From the IMG/VR virus record IMGVR_UViG_3300025154_000056, positions 32,001-96,000 of that record: DNA of 64,000 nt. One strand, given 5' to 3'. Of this stretch, positions 19,473 to 29,581 are shown one piece after another. The notes beneath the pieces are model-generated. The model was not told the origin of the DNA and did no database searches. It worked only from the letters and a program-made list of their open reading frames with translations. Origin of the DNA: a virus (taxonomy: Duplodnaviria > Caudoviricetes). The position numbers and the translations under genes were made by a program. How positions within the stretch are numbered: position 1 is the first letter of the stretch; every line of letters starts with the position of its first letter.

Positions 19473-22259
19473 ATGGACTCACTCGACCTTCCCATCATCT
19501 TCTCTGTGACTGGACCTGGGCAGGCCCAGCTTCGAGCCATAGGGCAGGGGCTGAACATGATGGCTGCACAGGCTGGCATGGTCGGGTCAGCCACTGGCAA
19601 GTCTTCGCAAGTGATGGGTTTGTTTTCGGACAAAACCCATTCCTCTGAGCTTCGTATGCTCCAAATGGCGCGTGCTGCGTTGTCCTTTCAGTACGCGTTC
19701 CAAGGTATGGCAAACGTAGGGACCGGGCTCATGGACATTGGTGTTGGCATCATGGAGGGCTTCCAGAACGCAGCCACACTGATGCTCGAAGAAATGGGTG
19801 AAGTGGAATTGTCCATCACCCGTATCGCGGCTTTGTCTAACACCTCTCAGAAGGAAGCCCGAGTCACAGCTGAGAAGGTGTTGGATATTGCATTCCAGCT
19901 TCCTGGCACCATGAGGGACCTCACGAACCTCACTGCGAACTTGGCAGAAGCTGGTCTCAATGCGACTACTGTTATTGGCACGTATGCAAGTCTCTCCCAA
20001 AAAGGGGCAGTCAATAAGGAGTCCTTGAAACTTGCTGAGGGGCTTACCAGTGAGGCAGAGAAGCAAGTGACCTTGGCCTCCTCCGTGGTCGACTTGGCTG
20101 CGGCTATGGGCGAGACCGGGTCTCGATTCAGTATGTTCCAATATCTATTCTCTGATTACCTAAAGACAGGTCTGTCACAGAAGATTCGAGGACGTCTGAC
20201 ATTCGAGGCACGCGACGCCATCAGCAAGGAAGCAAAGAAAGGCGGCGGGTGGGATCCGAAGGCAGCAGTCGAGGGCTTCCTCAAGTATATGGGTACCAAG
20301 GGTTTGTTTGGCTCAGGTCTCATCGCAGCCCGTACATGGGAAGGTATCAAGGAGAAGTTTGCGGACCTCCCTCGATACTTTGCAAAGCTGATAGGTGGCA
20401 TGCCCGGTACTGGAGGCATGTTCGATCAGTTGGTCAGTTCTCTGTATGAGATTCAGCAGCTTCTATTTCAGACGTTCGACGACCCGAAGTTTGCTAAGTC
20501 AATTCAAGGAGCCATCATTCCTGCGTTCAGGATAATGGTGGGAATCACGAAGCAACTGGCTGCAGCCTTAGGTGGTCTGTTCCAATTCATTGCTGAGTTC
20601 CCGATCCTAACAAAGCTTGCTGTCGCTCTTACTGGCGTCGCAGGAGTTGTGCTTACGTTCGTCGGAGCTGTCATAGCTTTGGTGGGGTCACTCGGAGCGT
20701 TCGCTGCTCTGATCATGCTTCTGTCTGATGTTATCCTCCCGGCCCTAGCCATAGCAATAGGAACTGTTGTAATAGGGTTTCAAGTCCTAGTCCCCATACT
20801 TGCTGTAGCCACTGCTGCTGGCGCCGCTTTCTACGCTGTGTGGACCTCCGACTTTGGGGGAATCAGAACCACAATACAGAACCTGTTTGTTCTTGGTTCT
20901 GCTCTCATGGAGGTAATTGAGAATCTTGATAAGTTTGGTGATGGCTGGTCAGCCATTGAGGAAGACACCTTCAAGGATCTAGAAGACCAAGGTTTGCTAA
21001 ACACATTCAGCAATATGGTCCAGTGGATTGCGCGAGCCCATGAGGCGTACAAGACGTTCATGGGCACGTTCACCATGGGGTGGTCCAAAGCTGGAGGACT
21101 CGGGGAGCGATTCTCCAACGTGTGGGTCAGGCTCAGTGAAGCCATGCTTCGTGTAGGCACTGCTGTGCAGCAAGTACTTGTGGCTTTGAACCTAATCCCG
21201 GAGACGGGATCTGACTCAATGGACAACGCTGCTGAAGCAGGGCACGGGTTCGCTAATGCTCTACTCCGCATCCTGGATTTGGTCGCAAAGGTTTCTGAGG
21301 GATTTGCTGACTGGGTCGACGCTACTACAGGTGACGTGCCCAGGATGATGACCCAAATGAATCAGTTCTACTCATCGGTACTGATGATAAAGAACGCATT
21401 CGATATGCTAGTCGACTCTGCATTGATGTTCGGAGGCATGCTATTGATGGGGCTGGGCCCGGTCTTGGGAATGCTTGTGGCAATTACTGCAACAACTACC
21501 AGGTGGCTGTCTTTGATGGCTGCATTTGCTACAGGTGACTTCAAAGGCATTGGCAAGATCCTGGCAGGACCATCTATGGTGGACGACATGAAGCTAGGTA
21601 TGGACATAGCTGGTGCGTTCAGCGGCATGGGCATGAAGGCTCTAGGGTACGGGATGACAGAGCTGCCCAAAGATGCAATGGAATTCAGAGACGCGCAATT
21701 GGCTATGGGCACTGGGCAGAATGCTGTTAGAGGGCGGGCAGACGACCTGGCTAACGACCCATTCTCTGTGGATAACATTGTTAGGCAGAACCGAAAGACA
21801 GGGTGGCTGCCTCAGTTCGACAAAAAGAACAAGGTTGTATACGAGGGAGACATGTACTCGTCTGCTGAGGGTAGCGTAGCTAATGCAGACATAGAGATGA
21901 TGCGACAGTTGGGCCTGGCTCCGACAGCTGACGAAGTACCATCGTCTGCGAAGTACGATATGGAGACTGGCGGTCAGATGAGTGCTGATGCTATTGAGAA
22001 TGCTGTGCGCAACGGCATGACTGACAGTCTCATGAGCTTCGAGCAAAACAGGCAGTCCGTATATGTAACGTCCCCAGGTGCCGGTCAGCCAGTTGGCAGA
22101 TCGATTACTAAAAGGGCTATTGAAGTCGTGCTGGAGTTGGACGGTAGACAGCTATTGAAGAAGATCATCGATATCGCTGAGAACGAAGACGAGCGCGCTG
22201 ACTACGCGGGTTATTTCTCAGGTGCAGGTATTCTGAATAAGCTGGCTGGAGGAGCATAA
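19473..22259 (+). CDS. Tape measure protein
   Basis: Long helical A/G/L/M-rich ORF with central hydrophobic stretch; C-terminal LELDGRQL. Confidence 0.88.
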   Translation: MDSLDLPIIFSVTGPGQAQLRAIGQGLNMMAAQAGMVGSATGKSSQVMGLFSDKTHSSELRMLQMARAALSFQYAFQGMANVGTGLMDIGVGIMEGFQNAATLMLEEMGEVELSITRIAALSNTSQKEARVTAEKVLDIAFQLPGTMRDLTNLTANLAEAGLNATTVIGTYASLSQKGAVNKESLKLAEGLTSEAEKQVTLASSVVDLAAAMGETGSRFSMFQYLFSDYLKTGLSQKIRGRLTFEARDAISKEAKKGGGWDPKAAVEGFLKYMGTKGLFGSGLIAARTWEGIKEKFADLPRYFAKLIGGMPGTGGMFDQLVSSLYEIQQLLFQTFDDPKFAKSIQGAIIPAFRIMVGITKQLAAALGGLFQFIAEFPILTKLAVALTGVAGVVLTFVGAVIALVGSLGAFAALIMLLSDVILPALAIAIGTVVIGFQVLVPILAVATAAGAAFYAVWTSDFGGIRTTIQNLFVLGSALMEVIENLDKFGDGWSAIEEDTFKDLEDQGLLNTFSNMVQWIARAHEAYKTFMGTFTMGWSKAGGLGERFSNVWVRLSEAMLRVGTAVQQVLVALNLIPETGSDSMDNAAEAGHGFANALLRILDLVAKVSEGFADWVDATTGDVPRMMTQMNQFYSSVLMIKNAFDMLVDSALMFGGMLLMGLGPVLGMLVAITATTTRWLSLMAAFATGDFKGIGKILAGPSMVDDMKLGMDIAGAFSGMGMKALGYGMTELPKDAMEFRDAQLAMGTGQNAVRGRADDLANDPFSVDNIVRQNRKTGWLPQFDKKNKVVYEGDMYSSAEGSVANADIEMMRQLGLAPTADEVPSSAKYDMETGGQMSADAIENAVRNGMTDSLMSFEQNRQSVYVTSPGAGQPVGRSITKRAIEVVLELDGRQLLKKIIDIAENEDERADYAGYFSGAGILNKLAGGA

Positions 22260-22261
22260 AG

Positions 22262-22897
22262 ATGACCGTTGTTTATGCAGGTAAGCTAGGTAATACCGGC
22301 ACGCTGTCAGACCAGTACAAGGCAAGCGGTGTCTCATTCGGCCATACCAGTACTCCTGTGAAGGGTCGTATTGACGTACCTGACTACATTGGTGTCGGTA
22401 TGCCCGGCTGGTACGCATTCATGTTCAATCCAGCAGAGGTAACAGAAAAGAAAGAAGTCAACTACGGAGAGACACCGGTACCAGGTGCGTCCCATCCTGT
22501 ACACCAGTTTGGCAGCGGTGGGGCCAGAGTCATTTCATTTGACTTGTTTCTAGACGGAGACAGGGGAAAGTTCGCAGCTAAGAATAAGACGCAGAGTGTA
22601 TTCACCATCGAGGAGATGGACAAGTACACTAGCGTCAAACCTGACGTCTTGTACTGGCAGTCACTGATGCTACCCATGGAATACGGTAGAGACCAGTTTG
22701 CTAAAGTAAAACCCCCTCACGTCATATTCAACTTTGGGAATCTGTACAAGAATGTGGTGTGCTTGGTGAAGCGAGCAGATCCTAGGTGGACGCATTTCAA
22801 CCTACGAATGGTTCCTATTAGAGCCACTCTATCTGTTCAACTGGACGAAGACATCGACCAAAGCATTACTGGGCCTGAGTTCTACAGGGCAGGGTAA
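22262..22897 (+). CDS. Tail tube initiator / CIS tube-like protein
   Basis: FMFNPAE, PG...P..QF..G..R.ISFDLFLD, PPHVIFNFG, PIRATLSVQL. Confidence 0.8.
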   Translation: MTVVYAGKLGNTGTLSDQYKASGVSFGHTSTPVKGRIDVPDYIGVGMPGWYAFMFNPAEVTEKKEVNYGETPVPGASHPVHQFGSGGARVISFDLFLDGDRGKFAAKNKTQSVFTIEEMDKYTSVKPDVLYWQSLMLPMEYGRDQFAKVKPPHVIFNFGNLYKNVVCLVKRADPRWTHFNLRMVPIRATLSVQLDEDIDQSITGPEFYRAG

Positions 22898-22901
22898 GAG
22901 C

Positions 22902-23222
22902 ATGATCTTCAAAGGCAGTAGGTGGGAGTCGGTAGACATGATCCTGGTGATTGACCCAGCCACCAGGCAACCACTCACTCACGTCTACCCGGATCTGCGT
23001 CAGCGAGTCGTGGCGGGTGACAGTGAGGATAGGTTCATCACACCCCAGGGTTTCGAGGCCCAGTGGCCTCAAATGGGTATTCGGTATTTATCTGATGCGA
23101 AGTCGTGGTGGGCCATAGCTGACCTATCAGATGTTGTAGACCCATTCACTGAGATCAGCACGGAGACAGAGCTGCGTGTACCCAGCCAGCACAGGTTTTA
23201 CTTCGAGCTTGTGAGTAAGTGA
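22902..23222 (+). CDS. Baseplate LysM-like/tail X protein
   Basis: RYL....WWAIAD...DP......LRVP. Confidence 0.7.
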   Translation: MIFKGSRWESVDMILVIDPATRQPLTHVYPDLRQRVVAGDSEDRFITPQGFEAQWPQMGIRYLSDAKSWWAIADLSDVVDPFTEISTETELRVPSQHRFYFELVSK

Positions 23223-24595
23223 TGGGACGCCCTATCAGAGTATACAATGATGTCTATCAGCCCAGGCTATTCCTGGATGCTGGTAGCGACAAAGTGGATA
23301 AGGACCTAGCTGCGGCCCTAGAGTCTGCTGTGTATCAATTTGAGTACCTGGAAGGTGATAGCAAAATAGCTGAGGCTAAATTCAGTATCGAGAATAAAGC
23401 CATGAGGTTCTTGGAGGGTGAGTTCGCGGACAAGTTGTCGCAGGCTGGGCTTGTGTTCAACTTCCGGTTCGGCTACCCAGGTAGACTCACTCCTATTCGA
23501 CGAGCTGTATTGACTAAAGCAAAACCTTCTTTCCCACAACAGGGCATGCCCACACTTGAGCTAGTGGCTTACGACCCCAGAGTCACCATGCAGTTGGCTA
23601 CTCCTAAGACGTGGGGCAAGGTGTCCTCAAGTGAGGTAGCAGTCAAGCTAGCAGAGGAGTGGGGCCTTCTTACGGAGGTTGAGGATTCTGGGGATAGGGG
23701 GGAAGACTCAAAGGTACAGCCCGCGAGTCTTTCTGACATAGAGTACCTGCGTAAGCTGGCTGTGGGTATCGGGTTCGAGTGCTATGTAGAAGACGGTGTT
23801 TTGCATTTTCATTCACCTAGACTAGATGCTGTACCTAGTTTTGATTTTGACTACTTCTCTGATGCCAGATCTACAGTGCTGACATTCGACCCACAGGTGA
23901 AGATGGGCCCACCCTCTACTAACATAGCGAGTGCTAAACCAAAAGATGGCACCGCTAATGAAGCTGCGGCGGTTAGGAGGGAGATTAGACTTCACGCTGT
24001 GCACGTGGAGCGAGGGGCTATTTACGGTGGGGCGGCTGAGGCTAGGAAATCAGAACGTATGAATTCTGATCCAACTGTGGATGAGAATACCGCTAAGAAA
24101 AAGGCGGCGGCTGTTCGTCTGAAGCTAGACATGAAGGCCATTGAGGCCAGTGCGACTGTGATTGGGGAACCTGGGCTTAGGGCGTACACTACGATCAACA
24201 TCTTTGGTGTAGGTACGTACTCTGGTAGGTGGTATGTCAAAGAAGTGCGCCATGTGATCAAAGCAAAAGGAAATGACATATACGTGTGTCATCTGTCACT
24301 CACGCGCACCAACCTATTGGCTGTGAAGAAGCAAAAAGAAGACGAGAAAAAGAAGAAGGATGCTGAGGCTGAGGCCAGGGCTAAGGGTGAGGCTGTGAAT
24401 TTAGTCAAGGTGAATACACCTACTGGTAGTGTGTACGTCAACAGACCAGGCGTGTCGTCTATGTCGGTTGGTACGGCCACACCTGTTACAGCCACGAACT
24501 ACAGCACAGGTGATCCTGGCGTACCACCAGGCACTGTATCGACTGTGATACCGATCATGTCCAGCGAGTACACCGTACCAAAGTCAGGGTTGTGA
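23222..24595 (+). CDS. Baseplate hub (P2 gpD/late control D-like)
   Basis: RFGYPG, SDIEYLRKLA...GFECYVEDGVLHF, IGEPGLRA, YSGRWYVKEVRH. Confidence 0.85.
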   Translation: MGRPIRVYNDVYQPRLFLDAGSDKVDKDLAAALESAVYQFEYLEGDSKIAEAKFSIENKAMRFLEGEFADKLSQAGLVFNFRFGYPGRLTPIRRAVLTKAKPSFPQQGMPTLELVAYDPRVTMQLATPKTWGKVSSSEVAVKLAEEWGLLTEVEDSGDRGEDSKVQPASLSDIEYLRKLAVGIGFECYVEDGVLHFHSPRLDAVPSFDFDYFSDARSTVLTFDPQVKMGPPSTNIASAKPKDGTANEAAAVRREIRLHAVHVERGAIYGGAAEARKSERMNSDPTVDENTAKKKAAAVRLKLDMKAIEASATVIGEPGLRAYTTINIFGVGTYSGRWYVKEVRHVIKAKGNDIYVCHLSLTRTNLLAVKKQKEDEKKKKDAEAEARAKGEAVNLVKVNTPTGSVYVNRPGVSSMSVGTATPVTATNYSTGDPGVPPGTVSTVIPIMSSEYTVPKSGL

Positions 24596-25185
24596 TGCCT
24601 TACTACGGCAAATACAAAGCGTTCGTTAGAGACAATGACGACCCAACTAGTAGGGGTCGTCTTCGTCTTTATTGCCCCCAGGTGATGGGAATGTCCGACA
24701 ACCCAGATCAGTGGCTACCGTGGGCTGAGCCCATGTTCCCTTGGATGGGCGGACTATCTACAATTGATTTTGGTGTACCACCGACACCAAATCAAACAGA
24801 TAGTAAACGAGACGAGTATGTCGTGTGGGTAGAGTTCGAGGCGGGTGATCCAGCCTACCCTCTATGGGTAGGTGTGACTCCTATTGCTCCGACCACAGCG
24901 GCTGAGACCACTCAGATGAAACCTGAGGATGCAGTAGGTAGGCACGGCGGTACGCTAATCGATGACCCACCAACTGGTGCTTTGGTAGGCCCACTGAACG
25001 AGCCAGCCCCTCTGGTTCCAGAAAGAGAGACTCGAATTCTTGCGAAGAAGGGGCGTGATATCATCATCGGGTCAAAGGGCGGTGGGTATCTCCTGCTAGG
25101 GCCCAGCGGAGCACATCTAGTAGGTGTCTTCGTAACTGTGAACGGCAAGATAATTGAGGCTGACCCCTCCCAACCAGTGGGATAG
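24595..25185 (+). CDS. Baseplate spike (gpV/gp5 N-terminal OB fold)
   Basis: YGKYKAFVRDNDDP..RGRLRL..P, WAEP, VWVEFEAGDP.YPLWVG. Confidence 0.88.
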   Translation: MPYYGKYKAFVRDNDDPTSRGRLRLYCPQVMGMSDNPDQWLPWAEPMFPWMGGLSTIDFGVPPTPNQTDSKRDEYVVWVEFEAGDPAYPLWVGVTPIAPTTAAETTQMKPEDAVGRHGGTLIDDPPTGALVGPLNEPAPLVPERETRILAKKGRDIIIGSKGGGYLLLGPSGAHLVGVFVTVNGKIIEADPSQPVG

Positions 25186-25187
25186 AC

Positions 25188-26984
25188 ATGGCGCGAAACA
25201 TCTGCATGGGTCCGTGTGATCTTAGCGTCTCTACATATAAGAGCTTTACGTTTCCTGTTCCAGGATTCCCTCCAGGTTACGGAGTGAAGGCACCAGCGTC
25301 GATGTCGTTTGAGGCTGACTGTGAAGGCTGTAGCCTCAGTGCGAACTTCCTCCTAATGATTCAGCCTCTAATGCTGAGCCTGGGCCTGCCCCTGTGTTTG
25401 CTTACCTGCCTCCTCGCTATGGTAGGCGTGGCACAGAAGCTAGTGGGTCAGGATGGGGCGCACGCTGTACTCAACGCTGACCCGACGCTGAAGATCACCC
25501 TGGACCCGAGTCTGCAGATACCTTTCTTCAATTTCGAGGCCATTGCTAAGGACTATACAGACGACCCGTCCTTGATCAAGCGCATCGTCAAGGTCCTGGT
25601 AGATTGTGCATGTCTATTTGACCTGCTTCTTCCATTCAAGTGGATCTGCATGATCAAAGCGTTGGTTATGGTGGTAATTGCTCTAGTCAATTGTGTCATC
25701 AGCTTACTCAACCACCTGATTACGCTGGAGCTGCGACTGTCTTTGATGCTGTCTGACCCAGACATTAGCATCCAAAAGTCTGCAGTGTGTTTGGCAGGAT
25801 TCATTCAAGTAGAGACTTCCAATTTGGCAGTCAAGCTGGACGTCATCACGCAGCTATTCAAGCTAGTGGACTTGGTGTTCAAGATTCTGACTCCCTTAGG
25901 CGTCCCTACACCCCCGGGTCTGGCTGACGTGCAGATAGCAATAGATGCCATCGTCAATATGATTGGTAACAACCCAGTCACCGCCACACTACTGACTGCG
26001 TTGCAGCAACTCAAAGGCGCATTAGAGGTTCTCTATTGTGCCTTGAATGCTATGTCGTTTGGGCTATGCCCAATGGAGTTGGATTGTAGTGCTTGTGGTG
26101 CGGCTAACACCTCTGGCTTCCAAGCGTCGTGGGATGGGGCATTCCCTGTGGCGTTTGCGGACGGAGAGTTCTTCGAGGCTGAGGTAGATGGAGCCCCTGT
26201 AGGTACCGTTACCATCCTAGGGCAGAGGGCTACAGCAATCGGTGCTGGTGCGACGTACGTCATCCCGCCCACCTCAGTGACCGTGGGTCTGCAGCCAGCA
26301 GGCAATACATTTGAGGTTGATTCGGTAGTGGGCTGGTCCGTGGGTGATGCTGTTGTGGTGAAGGACGGCGTCTATGTCCTGCGCACCACCATTGCATCTA
26401 CCTCCCTGTTGCCTGATACCATCGAGCTGAATGCGGTTACTACGCAAGCGCTGTCCAATGGGGCACAGTTTATCAAACCAGCCAGGCTATACATCGACAT
26501 CAGCACTCCTAGCGGAACCAATACGTACAGCACTACGTTTGACGTTGAGAGTAATCAGGTCGAGTTCATCAACGCAATCAACAGCAACCTAATTGGTGCT
26601 GTGGCTCAGGCAGAGGGGGCAGAGATTCGCATTTCTACAGAAGGGTACGGCTCTGCCTACGCTGGGCTAGTGCATGGTACGGCTAACCCTGTACCGTCTA
26701 GTGCTAATGCTACCATGGCTATTGGATACTTCGGGGCAGGAGACTTCACGCTGATAAACCCAGGCCCCAATACTGTAGCAGATCTGAACTCTGTGCTGTC
26801 GTCAGAAATAAAGGCGTTGTTTGACGCAGCTTTCCCAGGGTCTACTGTTACAGATAACACTAGCAGCATTGTGTGGGCCTCGGATTCGACTGGGTCAGGA
26901 TCCTGTGTCCGTATGGTGACTGGCTCTACTGGTACAAATAAGATTGGTTTTGATTGGGCCTCACATTGTGGCACCCAATGCTAA
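25188..26984 (+). CDS. Cys-rich hydrophobic protein fused to a paralogue of the sheath accessory domain
   Basis: N-terminal hydrophobic helices with many Cys; C-terminal half aligns by eye to sheath residues encoded at about 15785-16423. Confidence 0.7.
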   Translation: MARNICMGPCDLSVSTYKSFTFPVPGFPPGYGVKAPASMSFEADCEGCSLSANFLLMIQPLMLSLGLPLCLLTCLLAMVGVAQKLVGQDGAHAVLNADPTLKITLDPSLQIPFFNFEAIAKDYTDDPSLIKRIVKVLVDCACLFDLLLPFKWICMIKALVMVVIALVNCVISLLNHLITLELRLSLMLSDPDISIQKSAVCLAGFIQVETSNLAVKLDVITQLFKLVDLVFKILTPLGVPTPPGLADVQIAIDAIVNMIGNNPVTATLLTALQQLKGALEVLYCALNAMSFGLCPMELDCSACGAANTSGFQASWDGAFPVAFADGEFFEAEVDGAPVGTVTILGQRATAIGAGATYVIPPTSVTVGLQPAGNTFEVDSVVGWSVGDAVVVKDGVYVLRTTIASTSLLPDTIELNAVTTQALSNGAQFIKPARLYIDISTPSGTNTYSTTFDVESNQVEFINAINSNLIGAVAQAEGAEIRISTEGYGSAYAGLVHGTANPVPSSANATMAIGYFGAGDFTLINPGPNTVADLNSVLSSEIKALFDAAFPGSTVTDNTSSIVWASDSTGSGSCVRMVTGSTGTNKIGFDWASHCGTQC

Positions 26985-26993
26985 GGAGGCGGA

Positions 26994-27419
26994 ATGGCTA
27001 CTTCAATGTTTGGTCGTGGCCCAGCGTACCCGTTCCGAAAGGATCTAACTGGAGCCCGAGCTTTGGTGGTGAGTGAAGAGGAGAATGTACTCTCTTGTAT
27101 TCGTCACATCATCAAGACTCCCATGTACTCTCGTCCGTTCACTGCAAAGAACGGGGTGCTATTTGGTACTAGAATCCAGAGAGCCTTGTTCGAGCCAGAA
27201 GAGACAGCAGAATCTATTGCTGTGTATGACGTGACTAACGCTCTTGCTGTATGGGAGCCCAGGATCATCGTCACCAGCGTGACCGCTGGGTGGGCCAACT
27301 CTGGCATCAAGAACAGGCGTGCTTTGGTAGTCACAGTCTTTTTTGTATTCAGAAAGACAAATAGACCTGACAATCTTGTGGTCCCTTTCTATCAGGGATC
27401 CGGTAGGGAGGCTGCGTAA
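26994..27419 (+). CDS. Baseplate wedge protein (gp25/GpW family)
   Basis: G..YPF, I..I..T...R, FGT....LFEP, WEPRI. Confidence 0.9.
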   Translation: MATSMFGRGPAYPFRKDLTGARALVVSEEENVLSCIRHIIKTPMYSRPFTAKNGVLFGTRIQRALFEPEETAESIAVYDVTNALAVWEPRIIVTSVTAGWANSGIKNRRALVVTVFFVFRKTNRPDNLVVPFYQGSGREAA

Positions 27420-29581
27420 TGGCTGCTGGCGATTCCAATTCACCTGTCTTCGACTTCACTACTGCAGACTACCCATCCTGCTACGCAGACCTGGAGAGGT
27501 TTGCTATATCCAGGTTCCCTACTGAGCTGTGGACTGACTTCAACGCATCGAACACTGGGACGTACCACCTAGAATTGATGTCGTATGTATTCGACCTCGG
27601 TACTTATCAACGAAACGCTAGCGTATTGGAATCTGTACCCATCCTCATTCGGAGGGAGCAGAACTTCCGTAATGCGACCAAGACGTTCGACTTCAAGATG
27701 TCTAGTGCTGCACCTGCAGTTACTAAATTGATGTTCTACAATCTGCCCGCAGGCCATGTGTTCACCTCTCACACCCACATCCAAGTTGCAGATAGCAACG
27801 GGTACGTATTCCAACCTACTGAAGAGAAGTACGTGGACACGGACCTACTTGTTGTCGACCCGACGTACGGTAGGTACTATGAGGTGACAGCTGAGCAAGG
27901 AGCTGAGTACTTCCAATCTGCTACAGGTAACGGCTCCGCTAAGCAGGAGATCCAGCTGACTCAGTTGTGGGTAATAGACGGGAGCATTTTGGTTACCGTA
28001 AACGGAACCACCTACACTGAGGTCACCAACATCATCGAAGCAGGGCCCACCCAGCCTGTGTACATCTGGGAATCAGACGACCAAGGAAATACCACCATCA
28101 TCTTTGGGGATGGGACTAACGGTAGCGTTCCTAATATCGGTGCTGATATTCAGATACGGTACAAAGTCGGTGGAGGTATCGAGACCAACGTACCCACTGG
28201 CGCGATAACCAGTATCTATGGTTCCAGCTACCCTACGGTTTACCCGCTTCCTACCGCATTGCAGGATGCCTCTGTTCGTAATTCTGAGGCTGCGGTTGAC
28301 GGTGGCCCAAGGCAAACATTGGCGCAAGCTAAGGCCATACTACCTGGCAGCATTAGAGCTAATCACAGGTGCGTCAATTTGTTGGACTACCCTCCGGTAG
28401 CGAAGGAGCTGGTACCTAATATACTGCATTGTATTGCACTTGACGGTAAGGCAATCGGCGGTACCGTCCCGGTACTGTTGTTCGTTGTCCCGCAAGGTGG
28501 TGGCGCCGTTACGTCTGCGCTGCGCAACGTGATTGTGAACGCGCTATCCCCGTACAAGATGAGTAGTAAGCGCGTGTACGTTCGAGATGGGTACTATGTC
28601 TATCTAGACATCGTTGTGGACGCGTACTGCAAGGACTCTGCTCTGGCTGCTGAGGTCAAGAGCCGCGTGTCCTCGGTACTGGCTAGCGCATATAGTCTAT
28701 CTTCTATGGCGTTTGGCAGTCTACTGGATCTGCAGGCTGCATACGACAGACTGTCCCCCAGCTTGGTGGCTGGTCTGCGACGTGTGTACTTTGAGAAGTT
28801 TTCAATTGTACCAACAGCTGGTACCCACATCAACACAACAAATACTGGTGATGGTACGATCGGTAATATCGTGATCGATGAAGAGGAAGTTCTTCGGCGC
28901 GAGTGGCTGGTTCGAATAGGGCCCACGCCCACGCAATACACAGTACTTGAAAGACAGATTGGTAATATCTCTTATCTCACTGATTCAACGGTCACCGACG
29001 AGGCGGCAAGCTATGACTCAAATGAACTGGCCGGGTGGGCGTTTCATCCCGTTCCTGAAATCCAACCTGATACTCGCATTATCACCGACAATACAGCGAC
29101 GTCTTTTACGACTGTTGGTGGGAACTTCGTTCTGGCTACTCCAGGCGACCCGTACGTTGTCGAACGTACCGCTGGTACGGGGAAAGCCATACTCTCTACT
29201 TCGACAGCTGTCGCAGTGGTTGGTGCAAGTACGATCACAGTTGATTCTACAGTTGGTTGGGTTGCTGGGGATCGAGTCATACTGACGTCCGGTTCATACA
29301 CGCTGACCACCACTGTGCAGTCTATTGGGGCCGGTACTGTCGTTCTCAATGCTGTAGTTACGGAGCTGTGCCCTGTTGGAACCACCCTTCACTACATGTG
29401 GCAGGACTCAAATGCAACTGTGTCTTTTGCTGTGGCTCCTGGACCTACGGCGTTTGCCACCAACGATGAGTTGTACGTAGACACGTTCAGGAAATCGGCA
29501 GACATCCAAGTCAGAGGAGAGCAATTCATCCGGTACAGTGTCAGCAACATCGTGGTCAACACAATCGGTGGGGTGAAGTAA
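27419..29581 (+). CDS. Baseplate J/gp6-like wedge protein with extra domains
   Basis: WTDFNASN.G...LE, IIFGDG.NG.VP, YKVGGG...N, RCV...DY. Confidence 0.9.
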   Translation: MAAGDSNSPVFDFTTADYPSCYADLERFAISRFPTELWTDFNASNTGTYHLELMSYVFDLGTYQRNASVLESVPILIRREQNFRNATKTFDFKMSSAAPAVTKLMFYNLPAGHVFTSHTHIQVADSNGYVFQPTEEKYVDTDLLVVDPTYGRYYEVTAEQGAEYFQSATGNGSAKQEIQLTQLWVIDGSILVTVNGTTYTEVTNIIEAGPTQPVYIWESDDQGNTTIIFGDGTNGSVPNIGADIQIRYKVGGGIETNVPTGAITSIYGSSYPTVYPLPTALQDASVRNSEAAVDGGPRQTLAQAKAILPGSIRANHRCVNLLDYPPVAKELVPNILHCIALDGKAIGGTVPVLLFVVPQGGGAVTSALRNVIVNALSPYKMSSKRVYVRDGYYVYLDIVVDAYCKDSALAAEVKSRVSSVLASAYSLSSMAFGSLLDLQAAYDRLSPSLVAGLRRVYFEKFSIVPTAGTHINTTNTGDGTIGNIVIDEEEVLRREWLVRIGPTPTQYTVLERQIGNISYLTDSTVTDEAASYDSNELAGWAFHPVPEIQPDTRIITDNTATSFTTVGGNFVLATPGDPYVVERTAGTGKAILSTSTAVAVVGASTITVDSTVGWVAGDRVILTSGSYTLTTTVQSIGAGTVVLNAVVTELCPVGTTLHYMWQDSNATVSFAVAPGPTAFATNDELYVDTFRKSADIQVRGEQFIRYSVSNIVVNTIGGVK

